The notes under the pieces: generated by a model
Databases searched by the model: none
What the model was told of the DNA's origin: nothing
What the model saw: the letters and a program-made list of their open reading frames with translations, nothing else
Shown here: one piece after another, positions 31,510 through 41,423 of the stretch
How the letters are laid out: each line of letters starts with the position of its first letter
Numbering within the stretch: the stretch's first letter is position 1
Assembly: GCA_903908245.1 (NCBI GenBank)
Contig: CAIVRE010000006.1
Location: 21,951 to 85,950 of the forward strand
Direction of reading: 5' to 3'
From: Candidatus Omnitrophota bacterium
Lineage (GTDB): Bacteria > Omnitrophota > Gorgyraeia > Zapsychrales > Fredricksoniimonadaceae
DNA: 64,000 nucleotides
Made by a program: the position numbers and the translations under genes

Positions 31510-32784
31510 CTATTTCTTCCCTAATAACGCGAACATCTTGGTTTTATACGCCTCGACACCAGGCTGGTCGAACGGATTGACCCCGAGGATATATCCCGAG
31601 ATCCCGACGCCCTTCTCAAAAAAATAATACAGCTGACCAATATGGAACGCATCGGCTTTATCGAGCGTAATGCACATATTGGGCACGCCGCCTTCATAAT
31701 GCGCGCCAGCGGTCGCCTTATAGGCCTGCTTGTTCACCCAGTCCAGTTCCTTGCCGGCCACACAATTGAACTTGTCCAGATCTTCCGGATCAGAAGGAAC
31801 GATCACCGTCGCATCAACAGCATTGATCATAAGGAACGTTTCAAAGATATTACGCATTCCGTCCTGCATCAGCTGGCCCATGGAATGAAGGTCTGTCGAA
31901 AGGATGGTCGATGCCGGGAATATCCCACGGCCGCCCTTGCCTTCACTCTCGCCGTAAAGCTGCTTCCACCACTCGGCAACATATTGCACATTGGGATAAA
32001 ATGACGCCATCATCTCAATGCATTTCCCTTTTTTATAAAGCACATTACGGATGGCCGCATACCGATAGCAAACATTCTTCGAAAGATCGGGATCGGCATA
32101 TTCCTTCTCGCCGGCCCGGAACCCGTCCACGAACGCCTTGATATCAACCCCCGCCAGCGCCAGCGGGACCAGGCCTACCGGAGTAAGGATAGAGAACCGT
32201 CCGCCGACGTCATCGGGGATCACATAAGAACGATAGCCCTCTTTATCCGCGATCTTCCGGAGCGCCCCTTTTTTTGCATCTGTCACACAGATCACGCGTT
32301 TTTTCAGCTCGGCACCGCTGTACTTGCGCTTCATGGCCGCGTCCACGATACGGAACGCCAACGCAGGCTCGGTCGTGGCACCCGACTTCGAAATAACGAC
32401 CACGGTCACATTCTTCCGTGCAATAAGCCCGATGATACGGTTCATATCGACCGAAGACATATTATGCCCGGCGTAATACACCGGGACCTTCGGCTCACCG
32501 CCCAAAAACTCCAGCGTGGAGCGGATGCCAAGATACGACCCGCCGATACCGATAGAAATGATCGCGTCCGAATGGCCCTGAACTTCTTTCGCCAGCGCCG
32601 TAAGCTCGGACACCAACGCATCAGGGACCTGCGAAGGCAAATGGACCCAACCCAGGAAATCATTCCCCGCGCCTGTCTTGTTATGCAGGTCCTTATGCGC
32701 TTTATCCACCGCAGGCGCGAACGCCTTGATATCCGCATCACCAACAAACCCTTTTAAAAATCCGGCATCCAGTGAAATTCCCAT
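31510..32784 (-). CDS. pgi: Glucose-6-phosphate isomerase
   Basis: GIGGSYLG, ISKSGATTE, DDVGGRFS, QLYGESEGK, NPFDQPGVEAYK. Confidence 0.97.
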   Translation of the reverse strand: MGISLDAGFLKGFVGDADIKAFAPAVDKAHKDLHNKTGAGNDFLGWVHLPSQVPDALVSELTALAKEVQGHSDAIISIGIGGSYLGIRSTLEFLGGEPKVPVYYAGHNMSSVDMNRIIGLIARKNVTVVVISKSGATTEPALAFRIVDAAMKRKYSGAELKKRVICVTDAKKGALRKIADKEGYRSYVIPDDVGGRFSILTPVGLVPLALAGVDIKAFVDGFRAGEKEYADPDLSKNVCYRYAAIRNVLYKKGKCIEMMASFYPNVQYVAEWWKQLYGESEGKGGRGIFPASTILSTDLHSMGQLMQDGMRNIFETFLMINAVDATVIVPSDPEDLDKFNCVAGKELDWVNKQAYKATAGAHYEGGVPNMCITLDKADAFHIGQLYYFFEKGVGISGYILGVNPFDQPGVEAYKTKMFALLGKK

Positions 32785-32817
32785 ACCAATATCCTGACCC
32801 CTCTTTGCGTTAATCCT

Positions 32818-33549
32818 TTAATTTTTTATTTCCACAGGCGCAGCCGCTTCTGACGGTTTTACGGCATCCGGCGGCTTGACGGCTTCCGCTCCGGGCTTGG
32901 CCAACGGCGCGGCAGGCTTCACCTCTTCCGCCTTCTTGGCCGGAACAGCGGGCTTGGCCTCCTCTTTCTTTTTCGGAACAGGCACCGGCGCCGGCTTCGT
33001 CATCAGGTCCGCCGCCGATTCAAATTTCATTGAATTGCCCAGGACACCATCCTTATACGATTCCTGCGCCTTCATCTTGCCATCCTCATAATATTCAAAA
33101 GCGCTCCCGGAAAGCACTGCGTTGACATAATACGCCTGCCGGCGCAATATCCCGCTGGGATAAAACGTCTTGCTGTCGCCATCGAGGATCCCGTCCTTGT
33201 AATTCTCTTCTTTCTGCAAACGGCCGCCTTCATCATACTGCCGGAACACGCCTGAAAGGTTATTGGCGCGGTATTCGCCCTCACTCTTGACAATGCCGGA
33301 CTCATAATATGTCCTGGTCTCACCATCTCGCTGGCCACTCACATAATGATCCACGGATTTCCGCGTACCATTCTCGTAATATTCCGTAACAACACCGTCA
33401 AGCTGCCTGAACTTGTAATTCGCCTCTTTAAGGATACTGCCTGATTTATAATAAGTACGGAAAACACCGTCATTCACCGGCGCCTCTGCCGCGAAAGCGA
33501 TCCCGGCGACCAGCATCCACATCATCAGGAATCCCGATAATCTTTTCAT
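32818..33549 (-). CDS. Exported MORN-variant repeat protein (YwqK-like) with Pro/Ala/Lys-rich tail
   Basis: Signal peptide (AFA-AE); repeats of G...YYENG.....Y..G; start at ATG 33549. Confidence 0.85.
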   Translation of the reverse strand: MKRLSGFLMMWMLVAGIAFAAEAPVNDGVFRTYYKSGSILKEANYKFRQLDGVVTEYYENGTRKSVDHYVSGQRDGETRTYYESGIVKSEGEYRANNLSGVFRQYDEGGRLQKEENYKDGILDGDSKTFYPSGILRRQAYYVNAVLSGSAFEYYEDGKMKAQESYKDGVLGNSMKFESAADLMTKPAPVPVPKKKEEAKPAVPAKKAEEVKPAAPLAKPGAEAVKPPDAVKPSEAAAPVEIKN

Positions 33550-33577
33550 TGCATATCTCCCTGGTAATTTTTTCTGA

Positions 33578-34663
33578 CTAAAAACCCGCATCAATGAGCG
33601 CTCCGCCCAAAAGCATGTCCTCTTTGTAAAAAACAACCGATTGGCCCGGAGTGACCGACGCCTGCGGCTCTTTGAACCTGACGGAGACACAGCCTTGATC
33701 AAGCACATCGACCCTTGCTTCAATATCGAAGTGATTATACCTTATCTTGACACCCGCTTCGATGGTTTCTTTGGAAAAATTCATGCTGACAAGGTTAAGG
33801 CCGCTGGCCACAAGCCCGCTGGAGAGAAGTTTCTCCTTTGGACCGACATAAACCAGATTCTTTGCGACATCAATACGATAAACATACACAGGGACACCAA
33901 GGGCAATGCCCAGCCCCTCGCGCTGACCGACCGTATAATGCGATACTCCCTTATGAACCCCGACCTTCTTGCCCGTATGATCGAGCATATCTCCGGGAAT
34001 GGACAAAGACGGCGCCCGCGCCTCAAGAAAAGAACGATAATCGCCGTCCGTAATGAAACAAATATCCTGGCTTTCTTTCTTTTCTGCGGTCGGAAGGCCC
34101 ATCCTCCGGGCCGCAATACGCACCTCATCCTTAGTGAGGCCGCCCAGCGGGAACATCACGAATGGCAGGGTCTCCCTGGGGATGCCATACAGAAAATACG
34201 ACTGGTCCTTGCGCTCATCGATCCCTTTCTTCAAACACCAGCCCTGATAAGGATCATTTTCGATCCGGGCATAATGACCTGTTGCCAGATGCATAGCCCC
34301 CAACGCCCGCGAATCATTGAAAAGACGGACAAATTTCAAATGCTGATTGCAACGCACACACGGATTCGGCGTGCGGCCTTTAAGATATTCATTAACAAAA
34401 TCATCGATGACCGTCGCAAAAAGCGCGTCGCCGTAATTAAGCACATGATGACGGATCCCCAGCGCCTTGGCCACACGACGGGCATCTTCAATGGACTCAA
34501 GACCGCAACAGCTCGGACGACGAGCCCCTCCCGATGCCGGCAGTTCAAAACACATGGTCACGCCTTCAACGGCATATCCCTGCTCAAGCAGCAGGCCCGC
34601 GGCAACGGATGAATCCACCCCGCCGGACATGGCAACAAAGGTCTTCTTGTCCAATAAACCCAT
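33578..34663 (-). CDS. mnmA: tRNA 2-thiouridylase MnmA
   Basis: AMSGGVDSS, TPNPCVRCN, ATGHYA, KDQSYFL, ESQDICF, TPGQSVVFY. Confidence 0.97.
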   Translation of the reverse strand: MGLLDKKTFVAMSGGVDSSVAAGLLLEQGYAVEGVTMCFELPASGGARRPSCCGLESIEDARRVAKALGIRHHVLNYGDALFATVIDDFVNEYLKGRTPNPCVRCNQHLKFVRLFNDSRALGAMHLATGHYARIENDPYQGWCLKKGIDERKDQSYFLYGIPRETLPFVMFPLGGLTKDEVRIAARRMGLPTAEKKESQDICFITDGDYRSFLEARAPSLSIPGDMLDHTGKKVGVHKGVSHYTVGQREGLGIALGVPVYVYRIDVAKNLVYVGPKEKLLSSGLVASGLNLVSMNFSKETIEAGVKIRYNHFDIEARVDVLDQGCVSVRFKEPQASVTPGQSVVFYKEDMLLGGALIDAGF

Positions 34664-34665
34664 GA

Positions 34666-36714
34666 TCAACACCCGCAATATGGCTTATTGATATCCGCCA
34701 GGATATCTTTGATCGAACGCTCAAGCGCATCCAACATCATATCGATCTCTGATGCTGCTATCGACAGCGGCGGCATCAGCACGATCACATTGCCCAGAGG
34801 CCGAAGAATAACGCCATAGTCCCGTGCCCGCTCGCACACACGTACGCCAATGCGTTCCTGCCAGTCAAAAGGCTCTTTGGTCACCCGGTCCTTGACCAGT
34901 TCGATCCCGACCATCAATCCGCGCTGGCGGATATCACCGACTTGCGCAATATCGCGAAAGCGTTCCAGCCCTCGCGCAAGATAGCCGGCAGATCCCCGGA
35001 CCCGGTCAAGGGTCTTGTCCGACCTGAACAATTCAAGGTTCGCCAGCGCGGCCGCGCAAGCGATCGGATTCCCCGTATACGTATGGCCGTGAAAGAACGC
35101 CTGCATATCCTTATACGGGAATTGGAATCCGTCATAAATGCGTCGCGTCGTCAATGTCGCGGCCAGCGGCAATACCCCGCCGGAAAGCCCTTTGGCAATG
35201 CACAGAAGGTCCGGATGGACATCTTCGTGCTCGCAAGCGAACATCTTCCCCGTCCGCCCAAAACCGGTCGCAACCTCATCACAGATCAAAAGCACATCAT
35301 ATTCCCGGCACAGCCCTTCCAATCGTTTCAAAACACCCGCCGGCCACATCATCATCCCCGCCGCCCCCTGGACGATCGGCTCGACCACCAACGCCGCCAC
35401 CCTGGAATGCTCTTTCTTCAGGAAAACCCCGAACGCATCAACAGCCTCGAACACCCGTGTATCCCGGTAGCAATCCGGGAAAGGGACCTGATGTGCCTTG
35501 AAAATAAGCTTGCGGTAAACTTTATGAAAAAGGTCGATGCCGCCGATGCTGACACTCCCCAGTGTGTCTCCATGGTAAGAGTTCTGTAAATGACAAATAC
35601 CCGACTTCTTCGCAACGCCCGTATTCTGCCAATATTGATACGCCATCTTGACCGCGATCTCAACCGCCGTCGACCCGTTATCCGAATAAAAGACCCTCTC
35701 CAGGCCCTTGGGCGCAATACCAACAAGCCGCTCCGCCAACTGCACGGCGGGCGTATTGGCCAGGCCAAGCATGGTGGAATGGTCAAGCCGCGCTGCCTGA
35801 CGGGCGATAGCCTCTGTTATCTCCGGCCGGCCGTGGCCATGCACCGTAACCCAAAGGCTTGAAACAGCATCCAAATACCTTCGGCCGTCCGTATCGACCA
35901 GGAATGATCCCTGTGCCCGGTCGATCACCAGCGGAACGCCGGGAATATCCGACTCCCAATCACGCATCTGCGTGAACGGATGCCAGATGAACTTCTTGTC
36001 CGTTTCAACCAGTTTCTTCGTACAGCCAGGCCGCGCAGATATCAACGCCTCGATGTTGATCGTCTTGCGGCACGCCGCAAAAACGGACGCCGCGTCCTTT
36101 TTCTTCAAAAAAGGGACCTCTCCCAGGACCGGGACCGAACATAGCTCCCTGATCGCTTCTGGATTCGTTCGCTCGGGAACACCCCGCTTCTTCCCTGCCG
36201 GATCTGAAAAAACGATCCCTGATACGGTCAATGCCCTGCGCTCGGCTTCACGCACTGTCAAAAGCGTATGGTTGATACTCCCGAGCCCAAGACGGGAAAC
36301 AACAATGACCTCTGCACCAAGGTCCCTGGCCAGATCGGCCATAAAATAACCATCGATGATCGGGACCAGCAACCCCCCCGCGCCCTCGACCAGGAGAATG
36401 TCATATTTCGCGGCCAGCCTCCCGGCGGCGAATAAAACCCTGTCCTTGTTAAAAACGACCCGCGTGCGCTTTAAAGCCAAATGAGGTGAAAGCGGCTCGC
36501 GGGCAGAATACGGGTTGATATCACGGATATCATCCGTCAATCCCAACCGCCTCTTGAGGAACTGCGCATCACCCGATCTTTCATCGCCGGATTGCACCGG
36601 TTTCATCACGCCTGTCGACAATCCTTTGGCCCTCAACAGCAAGGCCAGGGCATAGACAAACATCGTCTTGCCCACACCGGTATCCGTCCCTGTAATAAAA
36701 ATAATACGGCTCAT
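34666..36714 (-). CDS. bioDA: Fused dethiobiotin synthase / DAPA aminotransferase
   Basis: N-terminal TGTDTGVGKT, KPVQSG, VEGAGG, GSINHT (BioD); then IWHPFTQM, SSLWVTVHG, DEVATGFGRTG, AKGLSGG, HGHTYTGNP (BioA) in one frame. Confidence 0.95.
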   Translation of the reverse strand: MSRIIFITGTDTGVGKTMFVYALALLLRAKGLSTGVMKPVQSGDERSGDAQFLKRRLGLTDDIRDINPYSAREPLSPHLALKRTRVVFNKDRVLFAAGRLAAKYDILLVEGAGGLLVPIIDGYFMADLARDLGAEVIVVSRLGLGSINHTLLTVREAERRALTVSGIVFSDPAGKKRGVPERTNPEAIRELCSVPVLGEVPFLKKKDAASVFAACRKTINIEALISARPGCTKKLVETDKKFIWHPFTQMRDWESDIPGVPLVIDRAQGSFLVDTDGRRYLDAVSSLWVTVHGHGRPEITEAIARQAARLDHSTMLGLANTPAVQLAERLVGIAPKGLERVFYSDNGSTAVEIAVKMAYQYWQNTGVAKKSGICHLQNSYHGDTLGSVSIGGIDLFHKVYRKLIFKAHQVPFPDCYRDTRVFEAVDAFGVFLKKEHSRVAALVVEPIVQGAAGMMMWPAGVLKRLEGLCREYDVLLICDEVATGFGRTGKMFACEHEDVHPDLLCIAKGLSGGVLPLAATLTTRRIYDGFQFPYKDMQAFFHGHTYTGNPIACAAALANLELFRSDKTLDRVRGSAGYLARGLERFRDIAQVGDIRQRGLMVGIELVKDRVTKEPFDWQERIGVRVCERARDYGVILRPLGNVIVLMPPLSIAASEIDMMLDALERSIKDILADINKPYCGC

Positions 36715-37460
36715 TTTTGCGCCTGCAACCAGATCACTTCAAAAGAGACCTGCCCGTTAAAATTCTTTAAATAATATGATTCCGCCCGCTTCAAGACATC
36801 CCGGCCAATGAACATCCCGCGGCCTAAGCCGCTGGTCCCTGTCTCCCTCAACCAAAGGAGGACCTCCTTGATCGATCCAAAATCCTCCCGGCGATATTCA
36901 CGCTCAAAATCAAATCCCGTGAACCCTGCCGTCGCGATCGCCGCGCAAACATCTTCCAATGAAGGCAGACGCGGCATCGTATCGATCCTTGCCGATAGGC
37001 CGGAAGATGCCGCAGCAAGGGCCCTGAACAACTCCCCCAGCGTATCCCGGCCGAAAAGAACAGCCTCGAATTTTCCGCCGGGTTTAAGAACGGCGGCGGC
37101 AGAACGAAATGCCGCCGGAAGGTCCGTTGACCAGTGATAGCATGATGACGAAACAAGGATGTCGAGCGACTCTCTCTTGAACGGCAGACGACCATGGTCG
37201 GCGCGGACACGCGAGCCCTCACCGCGCAACAGCATCCCTTCCGATGCATCGACCCCCACATACACCGCATCAGGATACCTCTGCCTTAGTGCCTCCAGCA
37301 GCCGGCCGGTCCCCGTTCCGATATCCGCCACGGTATCACCGGGACGAACACGGACCTTCCCTGCCAACTCAACCGCCAACGCCCGCTGAATACGTGCGCG
37401 GGCATCATAGAACCCCGCAGCATCAGAAAAATACTTGGATATTTGCGCACAAGAAGTCAT
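36711..37460 (-). CDS. bioC: Malonyl-ACP O-methyltransferase
   Basis: FSDAAGFYD..A.IQR, DIGTGTG, HW, TLGEL; bio operon context. Confidence 0.88.
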   Translation of the reverse strand: MTSCAQISKYFSDAAGFYDARARIQRALAVELAGKVRVRPGDTVADIGTGTGRLLEALRQRYPDAVYVGVDASEGMLLRGEGSRVRADHGRLPFKRESLDILVSSSCYHWSTDLPAAFRSAAAVLKPGGKFEAVLFGRDTLGELFRALAAASSGLSARIDTMPRLPSLEDVCAAIATAGFTGFDFEREYRREDFGSIKEVLLWLRETGTSGLGRGMFIGRDVLKRAESYYLKNFNGQVSFEVIWLQAQK

Positions 37461-38200
37461 TGCAGAAATCTCTCCACCCGACGGTTAAAAACATCAGGAA
37501 TGCTCAGGAACGGAAAGTGAGCGACATCTTTGAGCGCCTCGACCTGCAATGATGGCAGAAGCCGACGCAGCGGCTCGATCACCGCTGACGGACAAATAGG
37601 GTCACTATCACCTGTAATAAAAAGGCACGGCTGGGTAAGGCGCGATAACTCCGGACGAAGATCCTCTGTTCCTAACATCGCCAATACCCCCAACAGCCCT
37701 TCACGGCACGGCAAGGGGCTCTGGCAGCGCAATTGCTTGACCTGAAAATAGCGCGGCCGCTCTTTTTCTTTCCTGGTAAAAAGAGACCGGAAAAACATAT
37801 CCAATACTGTTCCGATATCTTTATCGAGCTGGCCTGCCAGCTTGCGGATCCTGGCCGGATCAAGCCCGGCGGGGAAACCCTCCGTCACCGTAAATCTGGG
37901 AAGCGCCCCGGCAAAAACGATACGCCGTACAAAGTCCGGATAAAGTTCGGACAATTTGACCGCGACCAGGCCTCCGAAAGAACTGGCGACAATATCCGTT
38001 AAAGCAACCCCCTCCTCCCGGCACTGCGCATGGACAAGGCGGGCCATATCCTCCAGGTTCTCCCCGTTCCAGGGGCGGCCGCCATGGCCAGGAAGGTCGA
38101 TCAAAAGGACCTTTCTCCCGGCAGAGAAATACTCTTTCTGCCATTGCCAGATACTGGAACAACCGCCGAACCCGTGGATAAAAACGATCGGATCATGCAT
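37457..38200 (-). CDS. bioH: Pimeloyl-ACP methyl ester esterase (alpha/beta hydrolase)
   Basis: HGFG, DLPGHG, ASSFGG nucleophile elbow, D and AHFPF triad residues; between bioF and bioC. Confidence 0.85.
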   Translation of the reverse strand: MHDPIVFIHGFGGCSSIWQWQKEYFSAGRKVLLIDLPGHGGRPWNGENLEDMARLVHAQCREEGVALTDIVASSFGGLVAVKLSELYPDFVRRIVFAGALPRFTVTEGFPAGLDPARIRKLAGQLDKDIGTVLDMFFRSLFTRKEKERPRYFQVKQLRCQSPLPCREGLLGVLAMLGTEDLRPELSRLTQPCLFITGDSDPICPSAVIEPLRRLLPSLQVEALKDVAHFPFLSIPDVFNRRVERFLQ

Positions 38201-39353
38201 GGGACATCACCTTCTTGAATGCGCTCACACAATGCTCAAGATCACTGCCCGTATGCGCAGCGGTTACGGTCACACGCAACCGCGCCGACCCCGAAGGAAC
38301 CGTCGGAGGGCGAATAGCCGAAACAAAGATGCCTTCCTCCAGCAATGCCTTCGACCAGCGCACCGCACGGTCAGCGGATCCAAGCATCACGGGAATAATG
38401 GGCGTGATCCCCGGCGGAACATCGAGCCCGAGTGCCTGCAAAGCCTCGCGCAGGGATCCTGCCGACCTTAACACCTTTTGCCTGCGCTGAGGTTCCGCCC
38501 TGATGATCCTTAACGCCGCCCGGCCTGCCGCCGCGACTGACGGCGGAAGCGCGGTCGTAAAGACCACGCTGCGCGCGGCATTCAATAAATGATCGACAAG
38601 GACCCTGGACCCCGCCGCATATGCGCCAAAAGACCCGGCCGCCTTGGATAAAGTCCCCATCTGAACATCGACAACGCCAGCCACACCCAGTTCCTCTGCC
38701 ATGCCCGAGCCAGACACACCGAACAAACCGAAAGCGTGCGCTTCATCCACCATCAGCCACGCATTATGACGCTTGGCCAACGCCGCCAGTTCCACAAGAG
38801 GCGCAACATCCCCGTCCATGCTAAAGACGGTGTCGGTCACGATCAACTTACGACGGGCATTTGTTTCCGCCGCCAGCAGGGCATCAAGCGCAGCCATATC
38901 ATTATGAGGATACCGCCGCATTGAAGCACGGCTAAGGACGATCCCATCAACAATAGATGCATGATTAAACCGGTCGGAAAATACCGCGTCATCCCGGCCC
39001 ACCAGCGCGGAAATGATCCCGACATTCGCCATATATCCTGCAGAGAACAGAAGCGCCGCTTCCGTCTTTTTCAAGGCCGCGATGTCCCGCTCCAATGCGG
39101 TGTGTTCGTCAAAATTGCCACAAACCAGGCGCGATGCTCCCGCCCCGAACCCGCGCTGCCCGGCAACAGAGCCCGCGGCAAGGGCCATGCGGGGATCTGC
39201 CGCCAGTCCCAGGTAATCATTGGAACAAAAATTCAACACCGGCCGGCCGTCAAGAATAACCTCCCGGGATTGCGCAGAAGCGACCTCCCGCAAGGACCGC
39301 CGAAGCCCCTGTCCATCCAACTTCAGCAACTCGGCCGCCAATACATCATTCAC
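38193..39353 (-). CDS. bioF: 8-amino-7-oxononanoate synthase
   Basis: SNDYLGL, NHASIVDG, FSMDGD, DEAH, TLSKA, IRPPTVP. Confidence 0.96.
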   Translation of the reverse strand: MNDVLAAELLKLDGQGLRRSLREVASAQSREVILDGRPVLNFCSNDYLGLAADPRMALAAGSVAGQRGFGAGASRLVCGNFDEHTALERDIAALKKTEAALLFSAGYMANVGIISALVGRDDAVFSDRFNHASIVDGIVLSRASMRRYPHNDMAALDALLAAETNARRKLIVTDTVFSMDGDVAPLVELAALAKRHNAWLMVDEAHAFGLFGVSGSGMAEELGVAGVVDVQMGTLSKAAGSFGAYAAGSRVLVDHLLNAARSVVFTTALPPSVAAAGRAALRIIRAEPQRRQKVLRSAGSLREALQALGLDVPPGITPIIPVMLGSADRAVRWSKALLEEGIFVSAIRPPTVPSGSARLRVTVTAAHTGSDLEHCVSAFKKVMSHA

Positions 39354-40321
39354 GCGTTTTTTCCCTTCATTTCCAACAGGATATCCCCGGCCATCCTCTT
39401 GACGGTCTCGCCGCTGTCCAACTGTACCAGTAACCCTCCGTCATCGGCCAGGCCCATCGCAACGCCTTCCCGCTTACACCCGCGCTCTTCAAACTGCACC
39501 CGCCGGCCGATCGTAGCCGACCGCCGCCGCCACTCCTCAAGAGAAGGGGCGAACCCCTGTTTTTTCAGGTTCAAATATCGTTTCTCAAACGCACGCAGGA
39601 ACTCCCGCAACAAGCCGACCCGATCGCAAGCCTGGCCAAGCACTTCTTTCAAGGAAACTCCTTCCGGCGGAAGTTCTTTGGACAATGTATTCACATTCAA
39701 ACCAACACCGACAACCGCAAAATCCACACGATCGACCTCAGCACGCAGATCGGTCAGGATCCCCGCCAATTTTCTGCCGTTCAACAGCAAGTCATTCGGC
39801 CATTTGATCAACGGCCGTAAACCGGAAAAAGACTCCACGGCCTCGCTTAAAGCCACGGCGCTGAGCAGTGTAAGCCGGGCAGCCTCGGACGATGACAACG
39901 CCGGACGCAAAAGCATGGAAAAATATAATCCCTTTGACTTGGGAGACACCCAGGAGCGGCCCAAGCGACCGCGGCCTTTGGTCTGGGATTCAGCGGTCAC
40001 AATGATGCCTTCCGGGGCGCCATTCATCCCCAGACGAAAAGCTTCATCCATAGTAGAGGGGATCTCATCAAAGAAATGCACATGACAACCGAACTTGCGC
40101 GTACCCAGGCCGTGTTGAACTTCGGTGGCGATCAACTTGTCAGGGACCGCAACCAGCTTATACCCGTGATGCGAAACCGCCTCGACCTTATACCCTTCCA
40201 GGCGCAGGTCTTCCATACACTTCCAGACCGCGGCCCGGCTGACACCAAGGGTACGGCTAAGGTCCTCTCCAGAAACAAAACCGTCGGTTTCTCTCAAATA
40301 TTGAAGGATCTTTACACGCAT
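39350..40321 (-). CDS. birA: Bifunctional biotin ligase/repressor BirA (with HTH)
   Basis: SGEDLS..LGVSRAAVWK HTH, QTKGRGRLGRSW, KWPND, KLAGIL. Confidence 0.97.
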   Translation of the reverse strand: MRVKILQYLRETDGFVSGEDLSRTLGVSRAAVWKCMEDLRLEGYKVEAVSHHGYKLVAVPDKLIATEVQHGLGTRKFGCHVHFFDEIPSTMDEAFRLGMNGAPEGIIVTAESQTKGRGRLGRSWVSPKSKGLYFSMLLRPALSSSEAARLTLLSAVALSEAVESFSGLRPLIKWPNDLLLNGRKLAGILTDLRAEVDRVDFAVVGVGLNVNTLSKELPPEGVSLKEVLGQACDRVGLLREFLRAFEKRYLNLKKQGFAPSLEEWRRRSATIGRRVQFEERGCKREGVAMGLADDGGLLVQLDSGETVKRMAGDILLEMKGKNA

Positions 40322-40327
40322 GGCGGC

Positions 40328-40357
40328 ATTCTAATCCGGACCGGGCCGGATTGTCAA
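40328..40357 (-). promoter_or_regulatory. Promoter of the birA-bio operon, apparently leaderless
   Basis: TTGACA-N18-TAGAAT-N6-ATG; no SD. Confidence 0.7.
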
Positions 40358-40382
40358 CCGGAATATATATATCAGTTTACAA
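40351..40382. promoter_or_regulatory. BirA operator (bioO-type)
   Basis: TTGTCAAC-N16-GTTTACAA matches the known BirA box architecture and overlaps the -35 of the birA promoter. Confidence 0.85.
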
Positions 40383-40383
40383 T

Positions 40384-40408
40384 ACCTCCCTCACCCCGGG
40401 GGTGAAGG
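40384..40408. repeat. Single copy of the CACCCCGGGGGTG REP-like palindrome
   Basis: 24/25 identical to the reverse complement of the right arm at 24357-24381. Confidence 0.8.
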
Positions 40409-40420
40409 TTTGTTTTGCCT

Positions 40421-40449
40421 TTGACAAACAATAAAACGGATGTTATATT
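40421..40449 (+). promoter_or_regulatory. Promoter of the tRNA pair
   Basis: TTGACA-N17-TATATT with extended TG. Confidence 0.8.
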
Positions 40450-40463
40450 CTCATTCTATTTGC

Positions 40464-40537
40464 GGGGCTGTAGCTCAGTTTGGGAGAGCGCGTGCATGGC
40501 ATGCATGAGGTCAGGGGTTCGATCCCCCTCAGCTCCA
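40464..40537 (+). tRNA. tRNA-Ala (GGC)
   Basis: GGGGCTG acceptor with G3-U70, anticodon loop AT-GGC-AT, GGTTCGATCC T arm. Confidence 0.96.
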
Positions 40538-40545
40538 CTTCTTTT

Positions 40546-40628
40546 GCTGGAGTGGCGGAACGGTATACGCGTCGGTCTCAAAAACCGATATCTTAACGGG
40601 TGTGTGGGTTCGAGTCCCACCTCCAGCA
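40546..40628 (+). tRNA. tRNA-Leu (CAA)
   Basis: GCTGGAG/CTCCAGC acceptor, TCGGT-CTCAAAA-ACCGA anticodon arm, long variable arm, GGTTCGAGTCC. Confidence 0.96.
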
Positions 40629-40727
40629 CTATTATCTCCCCACATCCTTTCCCCCGAAATCCCTTCCCAAATAAAAAACCCCGGAATATTTCCAGGGCAT
40701 CGTATTACCGCAACACATCACGCGTTC

Positions 40728-41021
40728 TTATCTCTTCGGCGGAGGCTTCACCATGGTCGCCCTGTTCCCATCGACCTTGAAAATAACGACCACTTCCTCT
40801 CCCGGATTCGTCGCTACCGTAACCTGGGCGCTGGAAAGGTCAAAAGACACCTTCCCTTCCCCCCGGTTCCCGTCCACCATCAACATCCTGGTCTTGGGGT
40901 TATAGTCCACCACCTTGCCGCGGACAAGGCCCATGTCTTTTCGCATCAATGACGCATGCGCCGGAGACACCATGAATAACATGAGTACAGCCGCGAACAT
41001 CAGCCTCAAGCCATTTTTCAT
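40728..41021 (-). CDS. Small exported hypothetical protein (OB-fold-like)
   Basis: SD AGGAGG; signal peptide ending AHA; VRGKVVDYN...PGEEVVV beta pattern. Confidence 0.75.
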   Translation of the reverse strand: MKNGLRLMFAAVLMLFMVSPAHASLMRKDMGLVRGKVVDYNPKTRMLMVDGNRGEGKVSFDLSSAQVTVATNPGEEVVVIFKVDGNRATMVKPPPKR

Positions 41022-41102
41022 TCCCTGCCTCCTTAAAAATTTCTCTGCGAGAAAGTCGTTAAGAAACCATTATAAGTATAGCAAAAGAATCCCGCGCGCA
41101 CC

Positions 41103-41139
41103 AAAAAAAATCCCGGCATCATTTAACACAATGCCGGGA
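41103..41139 (-). terminator. Intrinsic terminator
   Basis: TCCCGGCAT/ATGCCGGGA stem followed by T8 on the minus strand. Confidence 0.8.
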
Positions 41140-41160
41140 GCATATCTTCATCAGGACAAT

Positions 41161-41352
41161 TTAACCGGCCGCAGGCGCCGCTTCCGCGTCTTTCTTCGCC
41201 TTATCTTCCGCTTCTTTCTTCATCTGTGCCGCCCAAGCCTGCTTGGTCACATAATATTTTCCGTTACGATAATAACGCTTCTTGCGCTTGATCGCCTTGC
41301 CGGTATTGGCACACTTGAATTTCCACTCGTTCTCTGGCTTTACTTTACCCAT
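41161..41352 (-). CDS. 63-aa basic hypothetical protein
   Basis: Own promoter, SD AAAGGAG and terminator; Lys-rich sequence. Confidence 0.8.
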   Translation of the reverse strand: MGKVKPENEWKFKCANTGKAIKRKKRYYRNGKYYVTKQAWAAQMKKEAEDKAKKDAEAAPAAG

Positions 41353-41423
41353 ACTGATCTTTCTCCTTTCAAGAGACTATAGTCCGGGACAATCCACGGA
41401 CAAATTTCTACTTGGAAGCCGGC

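Noticed and set aside
32818-33549. YwqK-like protein as evidence of a toxin-antitoxin system
   Set aside because: It has a signal peptide and no adjacent toxin. MORN-variant repeats are widespread outside TA systems.
40464-41021. Possible island integrated at tRNA-Ala or tRNA-Leu
   Set aside because: No integrase, and I noticed no duplicated tRNA 3' end in the window.
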